64,000 nucleotides of DNA, taken from positions 1 through 64,000 of the IMG/VR virus record IMGVR_UViG_3300027509_000001. One strand, 5' to 3'. Of this stretch, positions 9,378 to 19,302 are shown in pieces. Every line of letters begins with the position of its first letter. Positions within the stretch are counted from its first letter, which is position 1. Origin of the DNA: a virus (Duplodnaviria; Heunggongvirae; Uroviricota; Caudoviricetes). The notes under the pieces were generated by a model. That model was not told where the DNA came from. It ran no database searches and worked only from the letters and a program-made list of their open reading frames with translations. The position numbers were made by a program, and so were the translations under genes.

Positions 9378-9766
9378 TGGTCTTTGAAAGATATCAAGTA
9401 GTAAAAGATTTTCCCGGTCATAATATTGGCGATGTCATTGAAGTTGCAGACGACAGTCGACCAAAACATGGCGTCTTATGGAACATTTACAATTCCAATG
9501 GAGATATTATTGACGTCGATGTATTTCCTAAATTTGAATTAGGAAGCGAGTTCTTTAAAAGAATGGATAACAATGTTTTGCATTCTGAAATGGTTGGAGA
9601 TCAACAATTGATTATAGAGAAAGATGGAAATGCATATGCGATCTGCATAGTAGGCTCCGAGGGTGGAGAATGGATACAGTTATGCTCAGCCCCATCAAGG
9701 GAATTTGCAATTAAATTTATTCGAGAATATAATATTATATTTAAAAAATACGACGTAAATCATTAA
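9377..9766 (+). CDS. hypothetical protein
   Basis: 129-aa ORF. Confidence 0.45.
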   Translation: MVFERYQVVKDFPGHNIGDVIEVADDSRPKHGVLWNIYNSNGDIIDVDVFPKFELGSEFFKRMDNNVLHSEMVGDQQLIIEKDGNAYAICIVGSEGGEWIQLCSAPSREFAIKFIREYNIIFKKYDVNH

Positions 9767-9768
9767 TT

Positions 9769-10359
9769 ATGAAATGGTTAACTGAAATTGAATTACTGAA
9801 AGGTAGGAACAACCTAGAAGCTGGGTACAAGATTTCAAATCTTATTGACGTCAACTTATTAGTAGGTGATCAAGGCGTTGGCAAATCTACTCTATTAGAT
9901 ATGCTGGGCAATAATGATAAAGACCTCCAGGTGGTACTGTCAGACGAAGCAAAGAAGAATGGTGTTAAAACTTATTTCTTTGACTCTGAAAAGGATAATC
10001 CTAGAACAAAGGATTTGCAAATGTATACAAATATTAACGGGACTCCAAGGGGAATAGGGCTGGGCAGAGCGGCCTCATATAGATGGCGATCTCATGGTGA
10101 ATGCCTAATAGATTTTACAATACGTGGCATTGAAAAAGCAGAAAATTGCATTATAATTTTTGACGAACCAGAGAGTGGATTATCAATAAGAAATCAATTT
10201 AAATTAGCCGAGGCATTTGAACAAGCCATTAAACGGAATTGCCAAGTATTTGTTGCCACACATTGTTTTCCATTAATAGAAGCTCAGGAAATTGTGTATT
10301 CCATGGAACATAACGAATGGATGTCTAGTAAAGATTTTATTAAAACGCAAGAAATATGA
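9769..10359 (+). CDS. minimal ABC-type P-loop ATPase
   Basis: Walker A 'GDQGVGKST', Walker B/D-loop 'IIIFDEPESGLS', H-loop 'VATHCF'; only 196 aa. Confidence 0.5.
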   Translation: MKWLTEIELLKGRNNLEAGYKISNLIDVNLLVGDQGVGKSTLLDMLGNNDKDLQVVLSDEAKKNGVKTYFFDSEKDNPRTKDLQMYTNINGTPRGIGLGRAASYRWRSHGECLIDFTIRGIEKAENCIIIFDEPESGLSIRNQFKLAEAFEQAIKRNCQVFVATHCFPLIEAQEIVYSMEHNEWMSSKDFIKTQEI

Positions 10360-10811
10360 TCAAGATAAAATCAAATCAGTCAGCTTGGAATTTTATATTC
10401 GGTACTGTATATAACTCTAATTCAGGCGAGTTTAGAATACATACCAATAAGAAGGGTATTAAGTTGTACCTCAGTTTCAGTAACAGAATTTATACTGGTT
10501 ATAATTATGAGCATCTGACATACTACGAGCGGACTGACATAGAAAACCGCAGCCGTGAGGTGTATCACCCTGATATTAAGTTTATTACCGATGCTCATTA
10601 CAATAATAGTGTCGTAGGTGCGAACCTCATTGACGCTGTTAATTTACACATAAATAAATTTCCAGGCGATGTTCGCATACCTACATCAACTGAGCTAAAT
10701 TCCCATAAATCAACATTGTCTATAGACGAATTTGTTGCTAACTACATCAAGGAAGATGAGTACGACAACGAATATACTAGAGACGAAATTAAAGAACTAT
10801 TCAACGTATGA
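10356..10811 (+). CDS. hypothetical protein (partner of the ABC-like ATPase)
   Basis: 151-aa ORF whose start overlaps the stop of the ATPase gene. Confidence 0.4.
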   Translation: MIKIKSNQSAWNFIFGTVYNSNSGEFRIHTNKKGIKLYLSFSNRIYTGYNYEHLTYYERTDIENRSREVYHPDIKFITDAHYNNSVVGANLIDAVNLHINKFPGDVRIPTSTELNSHKSTLSIDEFVANYIKEDEYDNEYTRDEIKELFNV

Positions 10812-11058
10812 AATACCTAAAAAATTGAAAAGATACAAAATGGCAGAGACTAAAACGACTAAATTCGACTTTAAAATGATAACGTGGCCAGTCAGAATTG
10901 TACTGCTCATTGCGTTAATAATTTGGGCATTTGCAACCTGGTTACCAGCTAACGAATATCACGACATTAATGCATTTTTCAACCAGTGTGTCACTGATTT
11001 GTCTGTTGGTGAACTCACTGTCATTTTAATCACAATCAATATAATATTTGGAGACTAA
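10732..11058 (+). CDS. membrane protein
   Basis: Two TM segments; the likely start is the Met near 10841 (MAETKTTKFDF). Confidence 0.4.
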   Translation: MLLTTSRKMSTTTNILETKLKNYSTYEIPKKLKRYKMAETKTTKFDFKMITWPVRIVLLIALIIWAFATWLPANEYHDINAFFNQCVTDLSVGELTVILITINIIFGD

Positions 11059-11573
11059 TGAGTAAGCTATTTAAAGACCGCACCACTCTAGGTGTAATAA
11101 TCTCAAGAATGCAGGTGCCATATCTGACAGACTCTCATATTAATATGATTGAGACTGTAAAAGGTAGACACGACAGAGTCCTAATTTTACTAGGTGTTAA
11201 GGATAAAATAGACCTTAAGAACCCATTGGACTTTAATTTGCGTAGGCAAATGATAATGCCATTAATGCGAGTTAATGACATAATTGTACCACTTAAAGAT
11301 ATTCCAGATGACAACCCAGCTTGGGCGAAATCAGTAGATAATTTGGTTTCAGCAGTTAACGGACCTAAGGAATCTGCGATACTTTATGGAGGTAGAGATA
11401 GCTTCATTCCCTACTATAAAGAAGCGAATGGACAATACGAATGCGTCGAGTTATTACCTGAAGATAATGACAGTGGCACCGAGCTTCGTAACATTGCAGC
11501 AACAACCATACCAAAGTATTCTAAGAAAGTTGCAAGTGCAATCATCTACACCACTAATAAACTATTAAATTAA
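11058..11573 (+). CDS. nucleotidyltransferase (NMN adenylyltransferase / cytidylyltransferase-like)
   Basis: Rossmann-like N-terminus 'GVIISRMQVPYLTDSH' (HxGH-like) and C-terminal 'SGTELRNI' (ISSTxxR-like). Confidence 0.4.
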   Translation: MSKLFKDRTTLGVIISRMQVPYLTDSHINMIETVKGRHDRVLILLGVKDKIDLKNPLDFNLRRQMIMPLMRVNDIIVPLKDIPDDNPAWAKSVDNLVSAVNGPKESAILYGGRDSFIPYYKEANGQYECVELLPEDNDSGTELRNIAATTIPKYSKKVASAIIYTTNKLLN

Positions 11574-11578
11574 TTTCA

Positions 11579-11965
11579 ATGTTATTTATGATATGCATTT
11601 TGTCCATCATGGCTATTATTGCCATAGTAAAGGAATTGTTAATTGGATTGGGTTGCTCGGATTTAATGGATGGTAATAGAGATTATTTAGAAAGAAAGAT
11701 ACTAAATAACGAAGCCTCTAAAAAAATGATTTGGAAGTATACTTTTAGTCATTGGACTCAATTAATATTAAAATGGAATTGGTACGTTCTAGTATGCGCA
11801 TTAATAATTGTATTTCCGTACCCTTTGAGCTGGTTTGGCGGGATTTTATTAATATTACATGTAATTGGCTTAAATGTTAATAATAATACATTAAAACAGT
11901 TAATATCGTTTGTATCATTTCTTATGATATGCCATGTTCTTATGTATTTATCTAGTTTTTATTGA
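11579..11965 (+). CDS. multi-pass membrane protein
   Basis: 128 aa with 3-4 hydrophobic segments; last gene of the + strand block. Confidence 0.4.
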   Translation: MLFMICILSIMAIIAIVKELLIGLGCSDLMDGNRDYLERKILNNEASKKMIWKYTFSHWTQLILKWNWYVLVCALIIVFPYPLSWFGGILLILHVIGLNVNNNTLKQLISFVSFLMICHVLMYLSSFY

Positions 11966-11976
11966 ATTAAAATCTT

Positions 11977-12189
11977 TTATAGTTTGTTAGATTTTACTTT
12001 CTTAATCAGATAATTTAATCCAATTATTATGTTCTCTTTTTCCAGCTCAGTTTCTGCCTGATATTCCCAAATCCTTTCTTCTAAATCTTTAAATAGATTT
12101 TTTATTCCACCAATGTTAGATTCAGACCCTGATTTAAATGGCGCAGATTCATTTAATCTTTTCGCTTCATTCCAAATTTTCTTATTCAT
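11977..12189 (-). CDS. hypothetical protein
   Basis: 70-aa ORF; first gene of the - strand block (strand switch near 11970). Confidence 0.4.
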   Translation of the reverse strand: MNKKIWNEAKRLNESAPFKSGSESNIGGIKNLFKDLEERIWEYQAETELEKENIIIGLNYLIKKVKSNKL

Positions 12190-12436
12190 AATTTTCCTTT
12201 TTAATATATAGCTTTGAAATTTTTGAAATCTTGTTAGGAGTAACCAATATATTTTGTAGCCCTAGTTTCTCGTCATATGATAAGTTATAGAAACTATAAT
12301 ATTTGGTAAAGTCCTTTGCAAATACTTGAAATGCTGTCATAATTTTCTTTTTAAAATGCCGGTGTTAATGATACAATTAACCCAATTCCCATTAAGGCGA
12401 AGCCCCATGCAACTATAATAATCCATTTATCTTCTT

Positions 12437-12736
12437 TCATCTTACAATATGATTTGGATAATAATATTCTCTCCACAAATGTTCTGCTTCATGAGGCTTT
12501 GGATCTTTGGTTACAAACTTGAAACCATTATAACAGTCATGGTCCATTAAAGTTGTTTCCAATAGGACTATTAATCCAGCTCTAGATTCCTGTGGAAATT
12601 CTGGGTTTGTTAATTTGCTATTTACCTTATCTATAAGGTATTTAATATCAAGTGTCTTTCTTGCCATAATGTTTAAAATTTTATATTGACATTGAATTAT
12701 AAACTGCTTGTGATTCGTAACGCAATCCATCGCCAT
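12437..12736 (-). CDS. hypothetical protein
   Basis: 99-aa ORF. Confidence 0.4.
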   Translation of the reverse strand: MAMDCVTNHKQFIIQCQYKILNIMARKTLDIKYLIDKVNSKLTNPEFPQESRAGLIVLLETTLMDHDCYNGFKFVTKDPKPHEAEHLWREYYYPNHIVR

Positions 12737-12992
12737 TTCTAAATGGGCCTGTTAGCTTAGTTATCATTGGCGCACCAATTTTCCAATCCCAAACTCTATC
12801 TCTTTTATAACGAGATCCATCAGAAAATTTATAAACTCCATCTTCTGTAAAATATCCTAGTATTTCCATTCCCTTTCTCTTTAACCAAGCATTGAGTTCA
12901 TCTGGATTACTAGTTGTAATGGATCCATTTTTAGTCACTATCTGTATTTCTTTCATTGTATTTGTTTTAATTACAATACAAATATAATACAA
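12681..12992 (-). CDS. hypothetical protein
   Basis: 103-aa ORF; the likely start is the internal MKEIQIV; a promoter-like motif lies just upstream (12961-12990). Confidence 0.4.
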   Translation of the reverse strand: MYYICIVIKTNTMKEIQIVTKNGSITTSNPDELNAWLKRKGMEILGYFTEDGVYKFSDGSRYKRDRVWDWKIGAPMITKLTGPFRNGDGLRYESQAVYNSMSI

Positions 12993-13026
12993 TTATTGGT
13001 GAGATTGTGTTAAGGAAATGTTAATA

Positions 13027-13515
13027 TTAACGAGATCTTAATATTTCTTTCATTTGATTATAATATAAGTAAACGTCCTTTCCAGAATCGTACTGATCTT
13101 GTTGCTCCTGAGTTAAACAGTAGTTCACTCTATCGATGCTCCATAAACGTTTTAAATGAGTGATAGCTGCCTTTGTATCGTTTCTATCTTTTGAGCGATA
13201 ATCACGGTAGCTAAGATCGTCGACATCTGCTTTATGAATCATACCATGAGAAAAGCTAGGTCCTAGGGTAATTTTGTTTGGAATTTGGAAAATGTACATC
13301 CCACATGAGCATGTGGCATTTGTTAGTACAACGTCAATTGATGGGTATCTAGTTAAGCAATCAATCAATATATCCATTATATGTACGAGTCCTCCATCGG
13401 TACTAAAATACAATGTTATATTAAAATCTTCTACTAGTTCTTCTATAGTGTTAATTAGAGTGATTACTGACTCTTGTGTTATTTCTGAATCAAATATTAT
13501 GGTGCGGTGCGCCAT
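13027..13515 (-). CDS. ClpP-family serine protease-like protein
   Basis: 'ITLYFSTDGG' (cf. ClpP IYLYINSPGG), 'NATCSCGMY' (cf. GQAASMG) and 'FSHGMIHKA' (cf. MIHQP). Confidence 0.5.
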   Translation of the reverse strand: MAHRTIIFDSEITQESVITLINTIEELVEDFNITLYFSTDGGLVHIMDILIDCLTRYPSIDVVLTNATCSCGMYIFQIPNKITLGPSFSHGMIHKADVDDLSYRDYRSKDRNDTKAAITHLKRLWSIDRVNYCLTQEQQDQYDSGKDVYLYYNQMKEILRSR

Positions 13516-13536
13516 TCTTGTTCCTTCTGTTTATTG

Positions 13537-13995
13537 TTAAGTATCTTTTAGAGTAGATTTAAGTAATTTAATGTTGTCTCTAATAGCATATGCTTCTTTA
13601 ATTCTACTTGATTTCCATCCATATACTTGGGCAAAACTTGACAATTCTACTAATTCGCAAGTATAGATCCAAATTAAAGAATCTTGCATTTTAGTTAATT
13701 CAGATAAATCCTTTCTCAATGGAAATAATTTTACTGACTTTGCACTTGACAATTTATTGCCAGTAGGAGTAGATCTATTATCTCCATGACCCGAATCAAT
13801 GTTATAATCAAGTTGCAAAGATATCATTCCCTTGGGCGTTTCTCTAAGGGCGATGCCAGCTTTAACTCTAGTAGTACCATTAAAATCAACTGAATAACCA
13901 TATCGATTTCCAAATATTATTGGATTTCCTAATGCATCTTTCTTAGTCGTTGTTGGTTTCACTTCCTGTAATTTCATATTTTTCTTTTGGAACAA
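13537..13995 (-). CDS. hypothetical protein, 'YGYS' family paralog
   Basis: N-terminal domain homologous to 6706..6975. Confidence 0.45.
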   Translation of the reverse strand: MFQKKNMKLQEVKPTTTKKDALGNPIIFGNRYGYSVDFNGTTRVKAGIALRETPKGMISLQLDYNIDSGHGDNRSTPTGNKLSSAKSVKLFPLRKDLSELTKMQDSLIWIYTCELVELSSFAQVYGWKSSRIKEAYAIRDNIKLLKSTLKDT

Positions 13996-14260
13996 CTGCT
14001 TTATTGCTTAACTTTTCAGAAATAATTTTCTTCTCTAGAGAAGCTTCAAAGCATAATTCGTTGTCATTATTAAAATAAAATTTTTGTAATTTACATGGCT
14101 TTTCAAAATTAGGAATCATAATTTCTTTGCCAATAGTAAATTTAGCCCTATCCGATAATCGCTTTACTTCCATTAACCTTTCTATTAATGTTAGAGTAGA
14201 TGGAGAGTAAGGCATTTTAAATGAGACTATTTTGAATTCCTTTCCTAAATCTAATGTCAT
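13943..14260 (-). CDS. hypothetical protein
   Basis: 105-aa ORF. Confidence 0.4.
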   Translation of the reverse strand: MTLDLGKEFKIVSFKMPYSPSTLTLIERLMEVKRLSDRAKFTIGKEIMIPNFEKPCKLQKFYFNNDNELCFEASLEKKIISEKLSNKAVVPKEKYEITGSETNND

Positions 14261-14583
14261 TTGGTTGCGTGTTTATAATAAAAATTATCGTTTAATCTAG
14301 ATTCTTTAAAATATTTTTTCATTCTAGAAATTTTACGTGTTATTTTTTCTTCGTCAAGTTTACTTATGTCAATTCTATGGTGTTCATCTAGATACAAAGA
14401 TAAAAGTTTGAAGCAAGCCATGACATCATGGAATTCGTCAATTAATAACTCTGTGTTCACTTTCCCAGTATGTGGATTTTTACTATCCATTCCAAATCTC
14501 ATACATTTTGACAAGATTTGTGTTAGTTCTGCACATTCTTCCATAAATGTAGTAACAATGTAATTAAAATTCATGTCTTTCAT
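14257..14583 (-). CDS. MazG-like nucleotide pyrophosphohydrolase
   Basis: 'EECAELTQIL..' EExxE motif followed by 'LIDEFHDV'; all-alpha, ~100 aa. Confidence 0.55.
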   Translation of the reverse strand: MKDMNFNYIVTTFMEECAELTQILSKCMRFGMDSKNPHTGKVNTELLIDEFHDVMACFKLLSLYLDEHHRIDISKLDEEKITRKISRMKKYFKESRLNDNFYYKHATK

Positions 14584-14918
14584 TCGTCTTTTATATTTTT
14601 ATTTATAAATTGAAATAAGCATGGGCCAGATTCGTTATAACCAGGTTTAATGTAATTTACTATCCAACCATTAGCTTCGTATAATGACTCAAAATCTAAA
14701 TATCCTTTGTCGAATACATCTCCAGAAGTAAGTTGAATTTGAGATTTTGCTGCCTTATCAAGGATTGCTGACATGACATCTTTTTGACTTATATAAAATT
14801 GAGTTTTTTTATATTTTTGGCAAATTAAATTATTGATTGCAAGGATTACATATTCTGGTAATGATGTGCCTGCTGATTCAGCTGCTTCTTGTGGAGTTAT
14901 AGGTTTAATTTCGTTCAT
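14580..14918 (-). CDS. hypothetical protein
   Basis: 112-aa ORF. Confidence 0.4.
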   Translation of the reverse strand: MNEIKPITPQEAAESAGTSLPEYVILAINNLICQKYKKTQFYISQKDVMSAILDKAAKSQIQLTSGDVFDKGYLDFESLYEANGWIVNYIKPGYNESGPCLFQFINKNIKDE

Positions 14919-15322
14919 GCCATTTCTTTTAAATTATACTTCTTAGCTAATTTTTCTAATCTTTCTTTAGTTACGTTTATAGTAATTTGATGCCAATCTG
15001 GATCATCATATATCCAGCCAATTTCCCCATAATGTAATAACTTTTCTATTTCATATGGAAATTGAACACTTCGATCTATAAATACATTATGATTCTTAGT
15101 GCTGACAGTTTCCAATAAACCCTTAATACTATATTTGGTATCTATAGACCTACCAATTGGGTTTTTGACAGTGCCTTTTGATTCACAGGCAATTAAATGT
15201 GCTTCCATAATTGCATCTGTAAATAATGCTTTTAATTCACTGTTAGAGAGATTAGATAGACTATAAAACCCTGTTTTCATTTTGCAAAATTTTGTCTGCT
15301 TTTTCCCAATTATGTATGTCAA
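14915..15322 (-). CDS. hypothetical protein
   Basis: 135-aa ORF. Confidence 0.4.
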   Translation of the reverse strand: MTYIIGKKQTKFCKMKTGFYSLSNLSNSELKALFTDAIMEAHLIACESKGTVKNPIGRSIDTKYSIKGLLETVSTKNHNVFIDRSVQFPYEIEKLLHYGEIGWIYDDPDWHQITINVTKERLEKLAKKYNLKEMA

Positions 15323-15635
15323 TCATTGGTTGCAGGTTATTAATATTCATTTTACTTCCGCCTTTTGATATGGGATGTATGTGATCAACAGTAAACATTT
15401 TTCCGCACTTAGAATAGAAATTATAATGATATGAAACAGTTCCAGACATATGGTTATTGACGTCAAGTCTAACTTCATATACTTTTAACTTGGTCACTGG
15501 GCATGTCAACTTTTCATTTCTAATTAGTGACAGCCATTGTCTTTTTCTTCTTGACAGCGATCGATTTGCCACCTTTAATTTATGGCAAATGTTTGGGAAT
15601 TCTAAATAATTCCATCTTCTAATTGATACGTACAC
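15261..15635 (-). CDS. HNH endonuclease
   Basis: 'C..YSKCGKMFTVDHIHPISKGG..N.Q.M....N..K' is a canonical HNH motif. Confidence 0.6.
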   Translation of the reverse strand: MYVSIRRWNYLEFPNICHKLKVANRSLSRRKRQWLSLIRNEKLTCPVTKLKVYEVRLDVNNHMSGTVSYHYNFYSKCGKMFTVDHIHPISKGGSKMNINNLQPMIDIHNWEKADKILQNENRVL

Positions 15636-16039
15636 TAATCTGGTTTTTTAAATAAATAATTATTATTCCACATCCACTCTCCTATTAATTCTCCGTTTAT
15701 AAAAGAGCAATTATTAAATATATCCTTGCAATCCATAGCATCTTTATATATTTTCGATGTTGGCTTCCATCTCTTATTTAAATATATTTCAATCTTCCAT
15801 CCTTCTGGAGACATAAATCTTGCCCATTGTTGGGACTTGCCAATCCTAAATCCATCAAACGCCCATCCACTTCTAAATGTTTCAGTGTGAATTCCTTTAA
15901 ATGTCCCTTTCCAATTTCTGAAATTTTCTCCTACTGTTCCTTTACTTTTTAATGGTTTAGCTAAAAAACACATTTTATCTGCATTAATTTTCATTAGCCA
16001 TTCATCGGGATTTAATTTATAAACTGTATCTCTATCCAT
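15635..16039 (-). CDS. hypothetical protein
   Basis: 134-aa ORF. Confidence 0.4.
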   Translation of the reverse strand: MDRDTVYKLNPDEWLMKINADKMCFLAKPLKSKGTVGENFRNWKGTFKGIHTETFRSGWAFDGFRIGKSQQWARFMSPEGWKIEIYLNKRWKPTSKIYKDAMDCKDIFNNCSFINGELIGEWMWNNNYLFKKPD

Positions 16040-16192
16040 TTGATTTTTGATTTTTAGATAACAAATGATAATCTACACATTTTGCCGATAATATTAATTC
16101 TAACCATTTTTCATATGAAAACGGAGGCTGATTAATTTTGTACTGATGCCTTATTTCTGCTACAGAATATGGTTTGTCGTTATCAAAATATT

Positions 16193-17269
16193 TCATAATG
16201 CTAAAGTTAAATTATTCTTTGCCCTAGTGGCTGCGGTATAGAGCCATCGTTTATGATCCCAATTTTTAGTCTGCTCATTAATTACTAGTACATTATTCCA
16301 TTCAGAACCCTGAGACTTGTGGCATGTTATAACATATCCATAATCTACTAAAATCTCTTCTTCATGCAAATTTTCACTGTCATATTTTTCTGCACCAAAT
16401 CCTTGTTTATTTAACCATATTTCACGTTCTCCTTCCATTTCAGTTTCTACAATGGCCTTCCATCTCCAATCAGTTTCTGATAATAGTTTTTTCACAAGTA
16501 CTTGTTGGCCATTAAATATGTTGGCTTTTTTGTTATTATGGACGCAGATTAATCTTTCGCCTTCTTCAATTAAATGTTTATATTTTTTATTAGCTCTAAT
16601 CTTACTATTTAGATTTCGACGAGTCCAATTAAATCCACAAATTATCTGATCGTAATTTCCTTCTTGCACTAAATATTCAGGAGCAACCGTTGAAAATTCA
16701 ACGTTATTATAATTCATTCCAATTGTATCGGCTCTGACATCATGGGCGAAATTAACAATACCCGAATCAGATCCTTGTCTGAATATGTCTGTTAATAGCC
16801 ACCTAGGACTTTTCATAATACCCGGATCTCCTCCTATAGGTGCTAATTGCCCATAATCTCCAATCCATACAACTTGTATTCCAAACTGTAAAATATCGTA
16901 AAACATTTTAGTATTTACCATAGAAGCTTCATCTATAAACATTACTCTTGGCTTCTTTATTACAGCATGTTTTTTCTTCCAAATCATATGCTCTTTGCCC
17001 TCATCATCCTCTCGTTTGCCTTTATAATTGTAGATAGCTGAATGTATGGTGTTTGCCGGAACTCCCTTGTTACGTAAGACATTTGCAGCCTTTCCGGTTG
17101 GTGTTAAAACGACATATTTGATTTTATCTTCTAATTTCTGCAAAATATAATTAACACATGTCGTTTTTCCGGTACCTGCTAATCCACCGATAGAAGTTTG
17201 TGACTTTCCTGCTATGACGTCTCCTACAACTCCACTAATTACTTTCTTTTGATTTTCGCTAAATTTCAT
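16193..17269 (-). CDS. dda: Dda/RecD-like SF1 DNA helicase
   Basis: Walker A 'GLAGTGKTT', 'FIDEASMV', 'ITCHKSQGSEWNNVLVI' (motif VI-like); 358 aa. Confidence 0.7.
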   Translation of the reverse strand: MKFSENQKKVISGVVGDVIAGKSQTSIGGLAGTGKTTCVNYILQKLEDKIKYVVLTPTGKAANVLRNKGVPANTIHSAIYNYKGKREDDEGKEHMIWKKKHAVIKKPRVMFIDEASMVNTKMFYDILQFGIQVVWIGDYGQLAPIGGDPGIMKSPRWLLTDIFRQGSDSGIVNFAHDVRADTIGMNYNNVEFSTVAPEYLVQEGNYDQIICGFNWTRRNLNSKIRANKKYKHLIEEGERLICVHNNKKANIFNGQQVLVKKLLSETDWRWKAIVETEMEGEREIWLNKQGFGAEKYDSENLHEEEILVDYGYVITCHKSQGSEWNNVLVINEQTKNWDHKRWLYTAATRAKNNLTLAL

Positions 17270-17608
17270 TTAATTGTTTATTTCCAAAGTGTCTATTGTT
17301 TCTACTGGCAATGTTGATTTCAATTCAAAGTACATTTCAACAATATTGTAATCTAAATCAACTTGTTTATCAGTTACATACACTTCTTGAAGAGGTTTAT
17401 AACTCATTAATTGGTATGTTCCGCTTTCGAGGACCACTAATTTGCCCAGATGCATTTTTGCTTCTTGTTCTTGTTGTTGCAATTGCGCAGAGACTTCGTT
17501 ACATCCCTTCATCATGATAAAGGTGTATATTAGTAATCCAATTATAAGCATTCCCGATGCTGCTGCAAAGGCTTTTAAGATTTTTGAAAATCCAGTTATT
17601 CGTTTCAT
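17270..17608 (-). CDS. membrane protein
   Basis: N-terminal TM segment (AFAAASGMLIIGLLIYTFIMM). Confidence 0.4.
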   Translation of the reverse strand: MKRITGFSKILKAFAAASGMLIIGLLIYTFIMMKGCNEVSAQLQQQEQEAKMHLGKLVVLESGTYQLMSYKPLQEVYVTDKQVDLDYNIVEMYFELKSTLPVETIDTLEINN

Positions 17609-17646
17609 TGTTTAAATATTTATTAATTAAAAGGTTAAAGGTGTAT

Positions 17647-18828
17647 TTATTTATCATTTCGCAAGCCATAATAACAGGGGAATCTCGGCTTGCCAGTATT
17701 TGTATCGTTATCATGCCATCCAAAATATCTTATTTCAGCTGACTTTCCTATATAGTTTTCTTTATTGCTTAATAAATCTACTCTTTGAGCATGGGTTAAT
17801 TTAGTGTTTGCAGTAAATGTTATCCCATCCATCTCTATTATTGGTCTTCCATGCTCTGGGCGCTTTTCACTTGGTATTACGTCTATAACAGTGCCAACTC
17901 CATCATCAAACACTTTATATTTTAGTAGACTTTTAGATCTTTTATTAGATTCATAACATGACTTATTATTAAGCCTTACCATTAAACCTTCATATCCATC
18001 GTCTATAAACTCTTGATGATGCCTAGCTAAATCTACGTCTAAATTGTTTACTCCAATTTCTATTGTTGGTACTAATGTTACTTTCCACTCCTTTGCATTT
18101 ATAAGACGAGATTTAAATATTTGCCTTAATGTCTCATTCCTTTTAACGTAGGGTTTTTCTAATACCATGTCATATACATTAAACCCAATCCTTTCAGTTT
18201 TGCCAGGGTAATATTTTTTAACATACGACATGTTGGATTGGAAGTTTTCACCATGAACATATAATTCTCCGTCTAACACAAATTTAACTCCTGCCGTATA
18301 ATCTGCAAACATATCTTTTAGTTCAAGTTTCAAATGATCCATATTCTCAATGACTCTGTTTTGCCTAGATCTAAATTCAACTTCAACTCCACTTGTTTTA
18401 ACCTCTATAAATGCCAATGCCCTTTGGCCATCCAATTTAGCTTGTACAAATATACTAGTAAGCGTCTCAGCTTCAATGTCTTTGTTAATATGCTTTTTCC
18501 TATCTTCCCATTTTGCTGCTAGCATTGGCATTGTCAATATATCATTTTTAAATGCAAATCTAGCTTCTTCTTCTGTTGCATAATATCCAACTTTTAAAGC
18601 ATTTTCGTATTTCCTTTGGGCTTGAAGTTTAGCTTGTTCTTCAGCTGATGTATAATTTGCTCTACCTACGTTTTTTGCTTCGCATTGTCTCGGGTCTTGT
18701 TCCATTATTTTACCACCAACAATTCCAGATTTTTGAATTAATTGATCATTGTCTGCGTAAAATTGTTTGATTCTAAGTTTTCCTTTTGAATCAATTTTAA
18801 ATGTAGTATATACGTTATTTTCTATCAT
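17647..18828 (-). CDS. ATP-dependent DNA ligase
   Basis: Motif I 'KLDGQR', 'DGELY', motif IV 'EGLMVR', motif V 'LLKYK'. Confidence 0.75.
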   Translation of the reverse strand: MIENNVYTTFKIDSKGKLRIKQFYADNDQLIQKSGIVGGKIMEQDPRQCEAKNVGRANYTSAEEQAKLQAQRKYENALKVGYYATEEEARFAFKNDILTMPMLAAKWEDRKKHINKDIEAETLTSIFVQAKLDGQRALAFIEVKTSGVEVEFRSRQNRVIENMDHLKLELKDMFADYTAGVKFVLDGELYVHGENFQSNMSYVKKYYPGKTERIGFNVYDMVLEKPYVKRNETLRQIFKSRLINAKEWKVTLVPTIEIGVNNLDVDLARHHQEFIDDGYEGLMVRLNNKSCYESNKRSKSLLKYKVFDDGVGTVIDVIPSEKRPEHGRPIIEMDGITFTANTKLTHAQRVDLLSNKENYIGKSAEIRYFGWHDNDTNTGKPRFPCYYGLRNDK

Positions 18829-19006
18829 CTTGATTATTTATTGCAATTTGCACGGTTTCCGCATTTACTTTTCCGCAAAAAGGTAACCAATATTTATTGT
18901 CTTTGTACGTAAGTTCGCCTTTCTTAATGGAATTAAACCCTTTAAATAGTAAAATCTTTCCTATTAAACTATACAGTTCTTTTCTGTTATAATATTTGAA
19001 CCTCAT
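18815..19006 (-). CDS. hypothetical protein
   Basis: 63-aa ORF. Confidence 0.3.
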   Translation of the reverse strand: MRFKYYNRKELYSLIGKILLFKGFNSIKKGELTYKDNKYWLPFCGKVNAETVQIAINNQDDRK

Positions 19007-19011
19007 TTATT

Positions 19012-19302
19012 TTATTTTATTCTCCAAATTCTTATTTCAGTGTTAATTGTTCTGGCAGTAAATGCCTTATTATATCTTTTTTTGTACCATGAAAATTTAG
19101 AATGAATGTCCTTCATTTTCCATGATTCAACAGGAACTGCAAACGATTCATTAATTTCAAGCTTCTTTAAAGTATTGGTGAATTTAGTACCACCTCGGGT
19201 TCCGCGAATTAGATTATCATAATTAACCTTTGGAATAGGAATATTACTATCGATTTTATAAATTATTTCCATACAGTTGTAATATACGCATAATATATTC
19301 AA
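19012..19302 (-). CDS. hypothetical protein
   Basis: 96-aa ORF. Confidence 0.4.
   Translation of the reverse strand: MNILCVYYNCMEIIYKIDSNIPIPKVNYDNLIRGTRGGTKFTNTLKKLEINESFAVPVESWKMKDIHSKFSWYKKRYNKAFTARTINTEIRIWRIK

Noticed and set aside
13274-13540. + strand 88-aa ORF
   Set aside because: Lies entirely antisense to the ClpP-like gene 13027..13515; low-complexity translation; shadow ORF.
14366-14563. + strand 65-aa ORF
   Set aside because: Antisense within the MazG-like gene; shadow ORF.
16452-16649. + strand 65-aa ORF
   Set aside because: Antisense inside the Dda-like helicase gene.
17296-17742. Several short + and - ORFs (17296..17517, 17499..17723, 17557..17742)
   Set aside because: Overlap the ends of the TM-protein and ligase genes in alternative frames; no support.
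18334-18583. Two + strand ORFs inside the ligase gene
   Set aside because: Antisense to a well-supported ligase CDS.
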